Shown: in pieces, positions 20,201-28,599 of the stretch
Numbering within the stretch: the stretch's first letter is position 1
Layout: the number at the start of each line of letters is the position of its first letter
Translations under genes and position numbers: made by a program
Notes under the pieces: generated by a model
Database searches by the model: none
What the model was told of the DNA's origin: nothing
What the model saw: only the letters and a program-made list of their open reading frames with translations
NCBI GenBank assembly: GCA_963718605.1
Contig: OY970363.1
Coordinates: forward strand, 50,404 to 114,403
From: an uncultured Actinomycetes bacterium
GTDB lineage: Bacteria; Actinomycetota; Acidimicrobiia; Acidimicrobiales; JACCXE01
Length of the DNA: 64,000 nt
Reading direction: 5' to 3'

Positions 20201-20669
20201 AGAGCCGTTCATGTCGATCGCCGACTTCGTGAAGCCCGTTGGTTCGGCCGAATCCGACTATCTCGCCTTCCACGTTGTGACGATGGGCGACGTCGTGTCC
20301 CAACACGCGGCCAAGTTGTTCGCCGAGAACAAATACACCGACTACCTCCACGTGCACGGCCTCGGCGTCGAGATGGCCGAGGCGCTCGCCGAACTGTGGC
20401 ACCGCCGCATTCGTGAAGAGTGGGGGTTTGCCGACGAAGACGGGCCGTCGATCGCCGGACTCTTCCGCCAGCAGTACCGCGGCGGCCGCTACTCGTTCGG
20501 CTACCCCGCCTGCCCCGACCTCGAGGACAACGTGAAGATCGGCGAACTGCTCGACGCCAGTCGCATCGGCGTCGAGTGCAGCGAGGAGACGTCGTTCCAG
20601 TACCAACCGGAACAGACCACGTCCGCCGTCATCTGCCACCACCCGCAGGCCAAGTACTTCGTCGCGTGA
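17205..20669 (+). CDS. metH: Cobalamin-dependent methionine synthase
   Basis: DGATGT, GGCCGT, IGERTNANGS, GDVHDIGKN, RYSFGYPACPDLE; alternative start 17196. Confidence 0.97.
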   Translation: MRDYLKAVRERVVVFDGATGTNLHARDLSLDDFGGPQFEGCPEILNITRPDVIRDLHASFFDVGCDVVETNSFGGFSTVLNEYQIPERAYELSLASARIAREVADSYDGDRFVAGSLGPGTKMATLGWISFAELRDSYETAAAALLEGGVDLFIIETVQDLLQAKAAMIACRRAMKAAGREVPIQVQVTIETTGRMLLGTEIGAALASLGAMRPDVFGLNCATGPKEMHEHLRHLSRYSPFPISCVPNAGLPSIVDGHTHYDLTPEQLADAHEHNVTELGISVVGGCCGTTPEHLRHVVERVQNLTPAVRTPTVEPSVSSLFSAVPLRQETSYLVIGERTNANGSKAFRDALLDGNWDVCEDMAREQVKEGSHAIDVCVDYVGRDGAPDMSELARRYAERIDGVIVLDSTEPQVIQAGLERLGARAIINSVNLEDGDGENTRFHKVLTLAAEFGAAVVCTCIDQEGQARTPEWKLRAAQQIRDLAVNRYGLRDEDLLFDALALSIGTGLEESRGDGASTIEGIRLISQELPNCFTTLGLSNVSFGLNPALRHVINSVFLHECVEAGLTSAIAHAGRLMPLNRIDEEDKKLALDLIYDRRTDGYDPLTILLNKFEGVKAGALEKEDRSGWRVEDRLKQRIIDGDRTGLDADLDEALGTTAALDILNDTLLEGMKVVGDLFGRGEMQLPFVLQSAEAMKAAVAHLEPHMPKTADSTKGRIVLATVKGDVHDIGKNLVDIILTNNGYEVFNLGIKVPLNDMVQKAREVGADAIGMSGLLVKSTLIMRENLEELNEAGLASDTPVILGGAALTRTYVERDLREVYDGRVFYGKDAFEGLHTLDDLMNRKRAGTLEGDEAFGREAGGRNLPRREPKPVVDPSTLPSRSPAVAADNPVFTPPFLGSRVIKGIALDDIVTYINETALFRNQWQYRPEKGENDEDFKARIRPVFRERLAEAKSLGLLVPQVAYGYFPANADGNDVIIWKDDDRNAEWMRFSLPRQQKEPFMSIADFVKPVGSAESDYLAFHVVTMGDVVSQHAAKLFAENKYTDYLHVHGLGVEMAEALAELWHRRIREEWGFADEDGPSIAGLFRQQYRGGRYSFGYPACPDLEDNVKIGELLDASRIGVECSEETSFQYQPEQTTSAVICHHPQAKYFVA

Positions 20670-21139
20670 GCTTCACGCTCACCCCCATCGGCTTCGTCTG
20701 CGGCGGACGGGCGGATCCCATCGACGACGACTGGGGTGACGTGGAGTGCACGATCGAACTCGACGCCGCACAGTTCGACCCTGACGTCACCGCCGGGCTC
20801 GACGCGTTCAGTCACCTAGATGTTGTCTACGTGTTTCATCGCGTGGACGAAACAAAGGTCGAGACGCGGGCGCGTCATCCGCGCAACAACGAGGACTGGC
20901 CGCTCGTTGGCATCTTCGCCCAGCGCGCCAAAGGCCGGCCCAACCGCATCGGTGTCACCACCTGCGAAATTCTCTCGGTCGACGGATTGCGCGTGCACGT
21001 ACGCGGCCTCGACGCCATCGACGGCACCCCCGTCATCGACCTCAAGCCCTACATGACCGACTTCGCCCCCCGTTCAGAAGTCCGCGAGCCCACGTGGGCG
21101 AAGGAGTTGATGGCCGGCTATTGGTTCTCCGGCCAGTAA
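20666..21139 (+). CDS. TsaA/TrmO-like SAM-binding protein
   Basis: LTPIGFV, GIFAQRAKGRPNRIG, LDAIDGTPVIDLKPY; GTGA overlap with metH. Confidence 0.88.
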   Translation: MSFTLTPIGFVCGGRADPIDDDWGDVECTIELDAAQFDPDVTAGLDAFSHLDVVYVFHRVDETKVETRARHPRNNEDWPLVGIFAQRAKGRPNRIGVTTCEILSVDGLRVHVRGLDAIDGTPVIDLKPYMTDFAPRSEVREPTWAKELMAGYWFSGQ

Positions 21140-21145
21140 CGACGC

Positions 21146-21194
21146 CACTTCTGGACTACCCGCGTCGCACAGCGACGCGACTTGACCAAAAGTG
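21146..21194. repeat. REP-like palindrome family B, copy 1
   Basis: CACTTCTGG...GCGTCGC-ACA-GCGACGC...CCAAAAGTG; resembles the reverse complement of 34821-34869. Confidence 0.75.
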
Positions 21195-21200
21195 CGGGAA

Positions 21201-22418
21201 TTAGGCGATGTCTCGGGCGAGGCGGAGGCCGCTGAAGGCCCAGCGGCAGTGGGCGCCGAAGAAGTTGCGGTAGGTGGCACGGGCGTGGCCCTTGGGCGTG
21301 GCGCAACAAGAACCACGCAGCACCTGCTGGTTCACCATGAACTTGCCGTTGTATTCGCCGACGGCGCCGGCCGCGGGCGCGAAGCCGGGATAGGGCGAGT
21401 ACGACGACGCCGTCCACTGCCAGACCGAACCGAACCACTCGTCGGCCGTCGGGTGGAGGCACTTCGGGTCGAGCCCGCTGCGGGCCGGCGCCTTCTTCGG
21501 CGCAACGGCTTCCCACTCGAACTCGGTTGGCAACCGCGCACCGGACCAGCGCGCGAACGCGTCGGCCTCGTACCAACTCACGTGCACGACGGGCTCGTCG
21601 GCGCGCACTGCAAGCGGCCCGCCCAACGTGAAGGTCATCCACTCGCCGTCTTCCTGCCACCAGTACAAAGGCGAGTCCCACCCCTCGGACTTCACCGTGT
21701 TCCAACCGTCGCTCATCCAGAACTCGGGGCGCTCGTAGCCGCCGTCGTCCATGAACGCGAGCCAGTCGCCAGAGGACACGAGCGAGTCGCTGATCGCGAA
21801 GGGCTGCAGCAGCGCGTCGTGGCGCGGCGCTTCGTTGTCGAAGGAGAAGCCGTCGCCGCCGAAGCCAACTTCGACCACGCCGCCGTCGTGCTCTATCCAG
21901 GTGCCTGCCTTCGACCGGTTGATCGGCTGATCCCACCACCGCGCCTTGCCATAGTGCGGCTGCGTCGGGTTGACCGACAGGACGTGCTTGATGTCCATCA
22001 CGATGAGCTCTTGGTGCTGCTGTTCGTGGTTCAGGCCCAACGCGACAAGCGCGGCGACGTCATCGTCACCATCGGCGCGCTCAAACAGCAACTGCATGTG
22101 CTCGTCGACGTACTGCCGGTAGTCACCGATTTCCTTCGCTCCCGGACGGGTGAGATGGCCCCGCTCGTTGCGCGCGTGCCGGGGCCCGACACCCTCGTAA
22201 TACGAGTTGAACAGGTACCGGTAGTGCTCGTCGAAGTGCCGATAGCCCGGCAGCGACGGTTCGAGCAGGAAGGTCTCGAAGAACCATGTGGTGTGAGCCC
22301 GGTGCCATTTCGTGGGGCTGACGTCGGGCATCGTCTGCACGGTCTGGTCTTCAGCCGACAACGGCTCGGCCAGTTGCTCGGTGACCTTGCGTACTGCGTC
22401 GTAATCGAGATCGGGCAC
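21201..22418 (-). CDS. egtB: Ergothioneine sulfoxide synthase EgtB
   Basis: SPTKWHRAHTTWFFE, HEQQHQEL, FGE-sulfatase domain RLPTEFEWE, EYNGKFM. Confidence 0.93.
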   Translation of the reverse strand: MPDLDYDAVRKVTEQLAEPLSAEDQTVQTMPDVSPTKWHRAHTTWFFETFLLEPSLPGYRHFDEHYRYLFNSYYEGVGPRHARNERGHLTRPGAKEIGDYRQYVDEHMQLLFERADGDDDVAALVALGLNHEQQHQELIVMDIKHVLSVNPTQPHYGKARWWDQPINRSKAGTWIEHDGGVVEVGFGGDGFSFDNEAPRHDALLQPFAISDSLVSSGDWLAFMDDGGYERPEFWMSDGWNTVKSEGWDSPLYWWQEDGEWMTFTLGGPLAVRADEPVVHVSWYEADAFARWSGARLPTEFEWEAVAPKKAPARSGLDPKCLHPTADEWFGSVWQWTASSYSPYPGFAPAAGAVGEYNGKFMVNQQVLRGSCCATPKGHARATYRNFFGAHCRWAFSGLRLARDIA

Positions 22419-23374
22419 TACGCCACCTCCGCGACGGTGAGAAGGAAGTCTCCCGCATCATCGGTCCACCGGTCGATCACCTGCATGCCGGCGGCCGCGA
22501 GTTCTGCCTCGACGCCCGCCGCGGTGAACTTCGCACTGATCTCGGTGCGCAGTACTTCGCCTTCATCGAAGCTCACTTCAAGGTCCAGCGCGTCGATGCG
22601 CACCCGCTGGGCGACGAGCGAAATCAACTGCATCTCGATCCAGTTGTGCTCTTCGTTGTAGATCGCCTTGTGACGGAACTGGTCGAGGTCGAAATCCGCG
22701 CCCAGGTCGCGATTCAGTCGCACGAGGACATTCAGATTGAACGCGGCGGTGACGCCTAGCGCATCGTCGTACGCGGCGACCAGACGGCCCCGGTCCTTCT
22801 GTAAATCCGTGCCGAGCAGAAACGTGTCCCCCGCATCCATCGTCGCGCGCAGCGTGGCCAGCATTTTGGCTCGCTCGTCGGGTGTGAAGTTGCCGATGGT
22901 CGAGCCCAGCAGCGCAATGAGACGTCGCCCCTCGCGCGGGATATGGACGAGGTCGTGCGCGAAGTCGCCGATGATGCCGTGCACGTCGAGGCCTGGGTAC
23001 TCCTCCAGCAATGCCTCGGCGGCATCACGCAGTGTTGACTCGGCCACGTCAAAGGGGACGTACGTCGCGGGCATCTGCATCGCGTCGAGCAGAAAGCGGG
23101 TCTTCTCCGACGTGCCCGAACCGAGTTCGACCAGCACGTTCGGTTCCGTGACCGCAATCACTTCCTTCGCGTGGCCGGCCAGGATCGAGCGCTCAGCCCT
23201 GAAGGGGTAGTACTCGGCCAGCCGGGTGATGTCGTCGTAGAGCTCGGAGCCTCGCTCGTCGTACAACCACGTGGGCGAAAGCGTCTTGGGGGACGAGGTG
23301 AGCCCCCGGACCACTTCGCTTCGGAGCGCGACGGCAGCCGCGGCCTCGTCGAGGAAGACCTCAATCCGCATCAT
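22418..23374 (-). CDS. egtD: Histidine N-alpha-trimethyltransferase EgtD
   Basis: YDERGSELYDDIT, ELGSGTSEKT, LGSTIGN, AYDDALGVTAAFNLN, TEISAKF. Confidence 0.94.
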   Translation of the reverse strand: MMRIEVFLDEAAAAVALRSEVVRGLTSSPKTLSPTWLYDERGSELYDDITRLAEYYPFRAERSILAGHAKEVIAVTEPNVLVELGSGTSEKTRFLLDAMQMPATYVPFDVAESTLRDAAEALLEEYPGLDVHGIIGDFAHDLVHIPREGRRLIALLGSTIGNFTPDERAKMLATLRATMDAGDTFLLGTDLQKDRGRLVAAYDDALGVTAAFNLNVLVRLNRDLGADFDLDQFRHKAIYNEEHNWIEMQLISLVAQRVRIDALDLEVSFDEGEVLRTEISAKFTAAGVEAELAAAGMQVIDRWTDDAGDFLLTVAEVA

Positions 23375-23445
23375 GGGCAATCTACGGAGGGGGTGTGACA
23401 TCGGGATGACATACCCATAAACAGTCTCCCCCCAGCCCGCGCGCG

Positions 23446-24084
23446 TTACTCGCGGGCGACGTTTCGCCCAATAAAGAACGCCGCGGCAACAAAAGCGGCC
23501 GCGCCCAGCCCTGTGAGCCACGGCCCCGCTGTCTCGTAGGCCTCATCCAAGCCAAAACCCAGGCCCAGCATCAACGCGAGGGCTGCGACGCCGCCGATCG
23601 TGTCGTAAAGCAGAAATCGCCTCGGATCGAACCGTGCGACACCCGCCGCCGCGGCGATAACGCTGGAGGGCATCGCCGCGAGCCGGCCGAGCAACACGAC
23701 GCGCGCGCTGCTCCTGTCGATCGCCTTGCGCATCGTTTGTATCCGCTTCCGCGGCAATAGCCGCCCGAGGATTCCGGGCAGGGCTTTGCGAGCGAGCCTC
23801 GGCCCGAACGCGTAACCCAGCGCGTAGAGCAGCCAGACGCCCCCGAAGTACAGCGGGACGAGTGCGACCAACACCACGTACCAAGAGACGTCGCCGCGCT
23901 GGATCGCGTAACCCGCGAACAACAACACCTCTTTCGTGGGCCGCATCAGAACGAGCACACCGACGTGGCGGCGATAGAGGAAGGGCGCGAGCGGTATGGC
24001 GGCAAACTGCAGGACTACGCGCAAAACCGCGAGGCCCGTCAAGATGGTCTCGTACCGCGAAAGGCGCGGTTTCGCGGTCGCCAT
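23446..24084 (-). CDS. DedA/VTT-family membrane protein
   Basis: Hydrophobic; YALGYAFG, VLLGRL, AAGVARFDPRRFLLYDTIG. Confidence 0.75.
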   Translation of the reverse strand: MATAKPRLSRYETILTGLAVLRVVLQFAAIPLAPFLYRRHVGVLVLMRPTKEVLLFAGYAIQRGDVSWYVVLVALVPLYFGGVWLLYALGYAFGPRLARKALPGILGRLLPRKRIQTMRKAIDRSSARVVLLGRLAAMPSSVIAAAAGVARFDPRRFLLYDTIGGVAALALMLGLGFGLDEAYETAGPWLTGLGAAAFVAAAFFIGRNVARE

Positions 24085-24107
24085 GTTTGTTTGTTCCTCT
24101 AACGGGA

Positions 24108-24875
24108 ATGGTCGGTGCAGTGAAAGACGGATTACCCGAAGCAGTCGCAACCAAACTCAAACCGGCGGAACGCTACGGACTTCGGGAAACGCTGCTCGTG
24201 GTCGCGGTCGCGCTGGTAGGCGTCCCGTTCGGTCTGCTGTTGCAACAGGTCACCGCCCACGGGCCTCTGACCAAAGCAGACACGAGTCTGGCGAACTGGC
24301 TGCATGGCCAAGTGCGTGACAACTCGTTCATCACCGCGGTGATGAAGACCCTGTCGTTCATCGGGCGTCCAACGTTTCTCGTGCCGTTCGTGGCCCTCGC
24401 CGCATTGTGGTGTGTGCGGAGCAACGCCCGCAAGCTGGCCGCGTTCCTCATCATCACGTGCCTCGGTGGCGCCGCGGTCGACACCATCGTCAAGATCCTC
24501 GTCGCCCGCCCCCGGCCGGAATTCGACGACCCGATCGCCACTGCCGTCGGAAAGAGCTTCCCGTCGGGTCATTCCATGAGCTCGACCATCTGTTTCGGCG
24601 CCGTCGTGCTGGTGGTGTTGCCGATCCTGTCCGCGCGGTGGCGGCCGGTGCTGATCGGTGCAGCCGCCGTGCTGGTGGTGGGGATCGGTGTCTCTCGCCT
24701 CGCGCTCGGCGTGCACTACATGTCCGACGTGCTCGGTGGCTACGTGCTCGGTGCCGCCTGGTTGATCGGATCGGTAGCGGTTTTCGAGATCTGGCGCGTC
24801 GAACGCGGCAAGCCGAAGACGGCACCGCTCGCCGAGGGCGTCGAGCCCGAAGAGTCTTCGGCGCTTACGAGTTGA
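24108..24875 (+). CDS. PAP2-family membrane phosphatase
   Basis: KILVARPRP, SFPSGH, SRLALGVHYMSDV; start approximate. Confidence 0.9.
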   Translation: MVGAVKDGLPEAVATKLKPAERYGLRETLLVVAVALVGVPFGLLLQQVTAHGPLTKADTSLANWLHGQVRDNSFITAVMKTLSFIGRPTFLVPFVALAALWCVRSNARKLAAFLIITCLGGAAVDTIVKILVARPRPEFDDPIATAVGKSFPSGHSMSSTICFGAVVLVVLPILSARWRPVLIGAAAVLVVGIGVSRLALGVHYMSDVLGGYVLGAAWLIGSVAVFEIWRVERGKPKTAPLAEGVEPEESSALTS

Positions 24876-24876
24876 A

Positions 24877-25761
24877 TCAGCTCGCGAGCACGGCGCGGGC
24901 CACGAGGTCGGTGCCGAACGCCGTGAGGATCGCGAGGTACAACAGGCCGGTCGCCGCCATCACCGCGCTGTAGGAACGCTCCTTCAGCGCCGCGTTCGTC
25001 ACGAAACACAACGCGATCGTGGTGATCGCGCACGCGATCCAAAACCACCCGAGCATGCCGCCGTAGCCATCGTCGATGGATCCACTGAACACCGAGAACA
25101 TCCCGGTCGGTATCAGCAGCAGCGCGATCTCAACCGGCCAGATGCGGGCGACCCACACGTTGAGTTCGAAGAGGGGTGCCCGGGGCAGGCCGGGCTGCAC
25201 CAGATACCAGTGGCCGAGCAGCATCGCGTCGGTGACCGAGCCGAGAAATGCGGCGCCGACGATGATGCGTGCGACCGACAGCAGGTGCGTGCCGGCGCCA
25301 CCGCTACGCGCGTCGGCCCAACCGGCGGCGAGCAGTCCAATCACACCGATGACGGGAGCGACAGCGTCGAGTACGGGCGGAAACTCGGGGCCGACGATCT
25401 GGTCGTCCAGCGTGGTGTCGCGCGTCGCGGGATGGCTTTTTTCGAGCATCGCGGCGACGCGCTCCTGGCGAGCGCCGGCGAGGTCGCGGGCGCCACTTAC
25501 GCCGGCCTTCCGTCGCGTGATCGAAACAACCAATGCGATGGTCGACGCGATCACTACGCCGACTGATGCCAGTTCCCGCACGGCAACCGTGTCGAGCGCC
25601 AATCCCGCCGCGAGCGAACCCAGCGCGAAGGCGATGAAGATCGCCCGCATCAACCAGCCGTAGCCAATCCCCAGCAGACGCCCGCGGGTCGTTACCCACA
25701 GAAACGCCAGCCCCCCGACCGACCACTGCAACAACACGGTCGCGGCGTCGAGTTTTATCAA
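24877..25761 (-). CDS. Multi-pass membrane protein of unknown function
   Basis: Several hydrophobic segments; AMLLGHWYLVQPG and AVMAATGLLY; TTGA overlap with the peptidase gene. Confidence 0.75.
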   Translation of the reverse strand: MIKLDAATVLLQWSVGGLAFLWVTTRGRLLGIGYGWLMRAIFIAFALGSLAAGLALDTVAVRELASVGVVIASTIALVVSITRRKAGVSGARDLAGARQERVAAMLEKSHPATRDTTLDDQIVGPEFPPVLDAVAPVIGVIGLLAAGWADARSGGAGTHLLSVARIIVGAAFLGSVTDAMLLGHWYLVQPGLPRAPLFELNVWVARIWPVEIALLLIPTGMFSVFSGSIDDGYGGMLGWFWIACAITTIALCFVTNAALKERSYSAVMAATGLLYLAILTAFGTDLVARAVLAS

Positions 25762-26873
25762 CCGACGACGACGAGGCTGTGGTCGGCTTTGTTGAGCGAC
25801 CACGGCCCGTCTTCGGTAGCTACCACGATGTCTTCGAGGCGGGCGCCGAAACGGCCAGGTAAGTAGATGCCGGGCTCAACCGAGAACGCGTTGCCGGCCT
25901 CGAGCAGGGTGTGGTTTCCGTCCACGAGATATGGGTCTTCGTGCACGTCGCGCCCGATGCCGTGGCCGGTGCGGTGCGGGAAGAACTCGCCGTACCCGGC
26001 GTCGGCGATGACGTCGCGGGCGGCGCCATCCACGTCGGCACACCGCGAACCAATCACCGCCGCGCTGAGGCCCGCGGCGTGCGCTTCGGACACGACTGCG
26101 TACATCTCTTGCATCTCGGGTGTCGGCTCACCGGTCACGACGGTGCGGGTTATGTCCGAGCAGTAGCCGTCGAGAACGCCGCCGAAGTCGCACACCACCA
26201 TCTCGTCGCGCCCGATGATCCGCTCTCCGGGCTCGTGATGCGGCGACGCCGAGTTGGGCCCCGACGCCACGATCACGAACGCGACCTTGTCGTGGCCCTC
26301 GGCGATGAGCCGGCGACCGATGTCGTTGGCCACCTCCGCCTCGGAACGCCCGACCAGCGGAATGTCACCGGCGTGGATCGCGCCCGCCACCCGGTCGGCC
26401 GCGGCCGCGGCGCGAGCGAGGCAGTCGAGTTCGGCCTTGTCCTTGGCCGCCCGCAACGGGGACGTGACCAGCGACGCCGGATGCCACCGACGCGCCGGCA
26501 GTTCGGTTTGCAGCGCCAACAAGAAGCGCGACCACGTGTGATCGCCTATCGCCAGCGTGATGCGGCTGCCCACGAGGCCACCGACGAGCCCGATCGGATC
26601 GTCGGTCTCGTCCCACGCCATGAGCCGGAACAGGTCGGGTTTGTCGTCGACGCGGGGTGCTTCGAGCCGAGGCACGATCAGCGTGGGCTCTTCCTTGGCT
26701 GGCACGACGAGCATGGTGAGTCGCTCGAGTGGCATGGCCTCGTAGCCGCACAGCCACGGCAAGTCGGCCCCGACCGAAAGCAGCAACGCGTCCACTGCGA
26801 GGTCGGACATCCGCATGCGCACCCGCGCCAAACGGTCGTGAAAGACCCCTGATTCCGTACCCACCGGCGTCAA
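25758..26873 (-). CDS. Xaa-Pro peptidase (M24B)
   Basis: PHH, DFGG...YCSDITRT, HRTGHGIG, HE, EPGIY, RLED. Confidence 0.92.
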   Translation of the reverse strand: MTPVGTESGVFHDRLARVRMRMSDLAVDALLLSVGADLPWLCGYEAMPLERLTMLVVPAKEEPTLIVPRLEAPRVDDKPDLFRLMAWDETDDPIGLVGGLVGSRITLAIGDHTWSRFLLALQTELPARRWHPASLVTSPLRAAKDKAELDCLARAAAAADRVAGAIHAGDIPLVGRSEAEVANDIGRRLIAEGHDKVAFVIVASGPNSASPHHEPGERIIGRDEMVVCDFGGVLDGYCSDITRTVVTGEPTPEMQEMYAVVSEAHAAGLSAAVIGSRCADVDGAARDVIADAGYGEFFPHRTGHGIGRDVHEDPYLVDGNHTLLEAGNAFSVEPGIYLPGRFGARLEDIVVATEDGPWSLNKADHSLVVVG

Positions 26874-26875
26874 AG

Positions 26876-28510
26876 CTACCGAGTCGTAACTTGCGCCGCA
26901 TCCGCGGCGCTGCGGGCGTGGTAGCTGGACCGGGTGAGCGGCGAACACTCGACGTGCGCGAAACCGAGCGCCTGCGCGTCGGCGCGTAGCGCGTCGAATT
27001 CCGCGGGCGTCCAGTAGCGCGCCACGGGCAGGTGGTGCGCGGTCGGGCGCAGGTACTGGCCGATGGTGACGATGTCGACGCCAACGGCGCGCAAGTCGGC
27101 CAGCGCTCCCATCACTTCGTCGCGGGTCTCGCCTAAACCGACCATGAGGCCGGATTTCGTCGTGAGCCCAGCGGCTTTCGCCCGCGCCAGCACCGCGAGG
27201 CTCCGGGCGTATCCGGCGGACGGGCGGACGGCGCGTTGCAACCGAGCGACGGTTTCGAGGTTGTGGTTCAACACATCGGGACGCGCTGCGAAGATCACGG
27301 CGAGCGAGTCGGCGTCACCCTTGCAGTCACTTATGAGTGTCTCGACGTTCGTGTCCGCATTCGCGGCGCGAATCGCGGCGATCGTCTCCGCAAACGCCTG
27401 GGCACCGCCGTCCTCCAGGTCATCACGGGCCACGCAGGTAATCACGACGTGCTGCAAGCCCAGTTCAGACGTCGCCGCGGCCACCCGCTGCGGCTCGCCG
27501 GCATCGAGCGGCTCGGGTTTGCGCGTGTCGACGAGGCAGAAACCGCAGGCCCGCGTACAGCGCGACCCGTTGATCATGAACGTGGCCGTGCCCTCGTTCC
27601 AACAGTCATAGATATTCGGGCAGCCCGCCTCTTCGCACACCGTCACGAGGTCCTTGGACCGCATCGTCTGCTTGAGGGCCCGGTACTCGGGACCGAAGTC
27701 CGCCTTCACCCGCAACCATTCAGGCTTGCGCTGGTCGACGGGCAACGCGGTCGACGTGTCAACGCCCGCCGCATTGAGACGGCCGAGCAAGCGCACCGGG
27801 GCGCCGTTGCCTTCCGCATGCGCGCGGCTGAACGGAGCGAGGTCGTCGGGGCGCTGATGCCAGGCGATGTCGGAGCGGTCGGCGACGCCGTCGCCCCACA
27901 CCACGGCGGCGCGCACGGCGATGGCATCGGCGAGGTCGCGCATCGACGCGTCAACGCCTTCCGCCGCGACCGACGTGACGGGGTAGTCGGCGATGCCGCA
28001 CGGCACGATGTGGTTGAACCAGCTCAGGTCGGTGTTCACGTTCAAGGCGAAGCCGTGCATGCTGCGCCCGCGGCTCACGCGCACACCGATGGCCGCGATC
28101 TTGCGGGGGTTGGTCTCCACGTCGACCCACACGCCGGGATAGCCGTCGAACCGGCTGGCGTTGGTAATACCGACGCCCGCGAGCGCGTCGATCACGAGCT
28201 GTTCGATCACGTGCACATGCGCGGGTATCGCGCCGGTCCCCATCTGCACGTTGACGACGGGATAGCCCACCAATTGGCCCGGGCCGTGGAACGTGACGTC
28301 GCCGCCGCGGTCGGTTCGTACCTGGGCGGCGCCGACCGACGCCGGGTCGACGAGGATGTTGGCCAGGTCGGTGCGCGCCCCGAGCGTGTAGGTCGGTGGG
28401 TGCTCAACCAGCAGAAGCGCGTTGCCCTCGTCGTGTTCCCACATGGCACGCATGAGCGCGTGCGATTCGTCGTAGGGGACGCGCCCTAACCACCGGACGC
28501 GAAACGTCAA
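26876..28510 (-). CDS. lipA: Fused octanoyltransferase LipB / lipoyl synthase LipA
   Basis: N-half EHPPTYTLG, RGGDVTFHGPGQ, KIAAIG, HGFALN, IVPCG; C-half CEEAGCPNIYDC, CTRACGFC, RSSY. Confidence 0.93.
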   Translation of the reverse strand: MTFRVRWLGRVPYDESHALMRAMWEHDEGNALLLVEHPPTYTLGARTDLANILVDPASVGAAQVRTDRGGDVTFHGPGQLVGYPVVNVQMGTGAIPAHVHVIEQLVIDALAGVGITNASRFDGYPGVWVDVETNPRKIAAIGVRVSRGRSMHGFALNVNTDLSWFNHIVPCGIADYPVTSVAAEGVDASMRDLADAIAVRAAVVWGDGVADRSDIAWHQRPDDLAPFSRAHAEGNGAPVRLLGRLNAAGVDTSTALPVDQRKPEWLRVKADFGPEYRALKQTMRSKDLVTVCEEAGCPNIYDCWNEGTATFMINGSRCTRACGFCLVDTRKPEPLDAGEPQRVAAATSELGLQHVVITCVARDDLEDGGAQAFAETIAAIRAANADTNVETLISDCKGDADSLAVIFAARPDVLNHNLETVARLQRAVRPSAGYARSLAVLARAKAAGLTTKSGLMVGLGETRDEVMGALADLRAVGVDIVTIGQYLRPTAHHLPVARYWTPAEFDALRADAQALGFAHVECSPLTRSSYHARSAADAAQVTTR

Positions 28511-28599
28511 ATTTTCTCCAGCGAACTACTTGCGCTTTTCTGCAGCACAACGCGGATCGAGGAAACGAAGAGTCGCAAGTAGTTCGCTGGAGAAAATTT
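28509..28599. repeat. Perfect 26-bp inverted repeat filling the dlaT-lipBA spacer
   Basis: AAATTTTCTCCAGCGAACTACTTGCG (28509-28534) and its exact reverse complement (28574-28599). Confidence 0.9.

Noticed and set aside
21201-23374. Selenoneine (senABC) cluster
   Set aside because: No SenB glycosyltransferase or SelD nearby; egtD-egtB fits ergothioneine.
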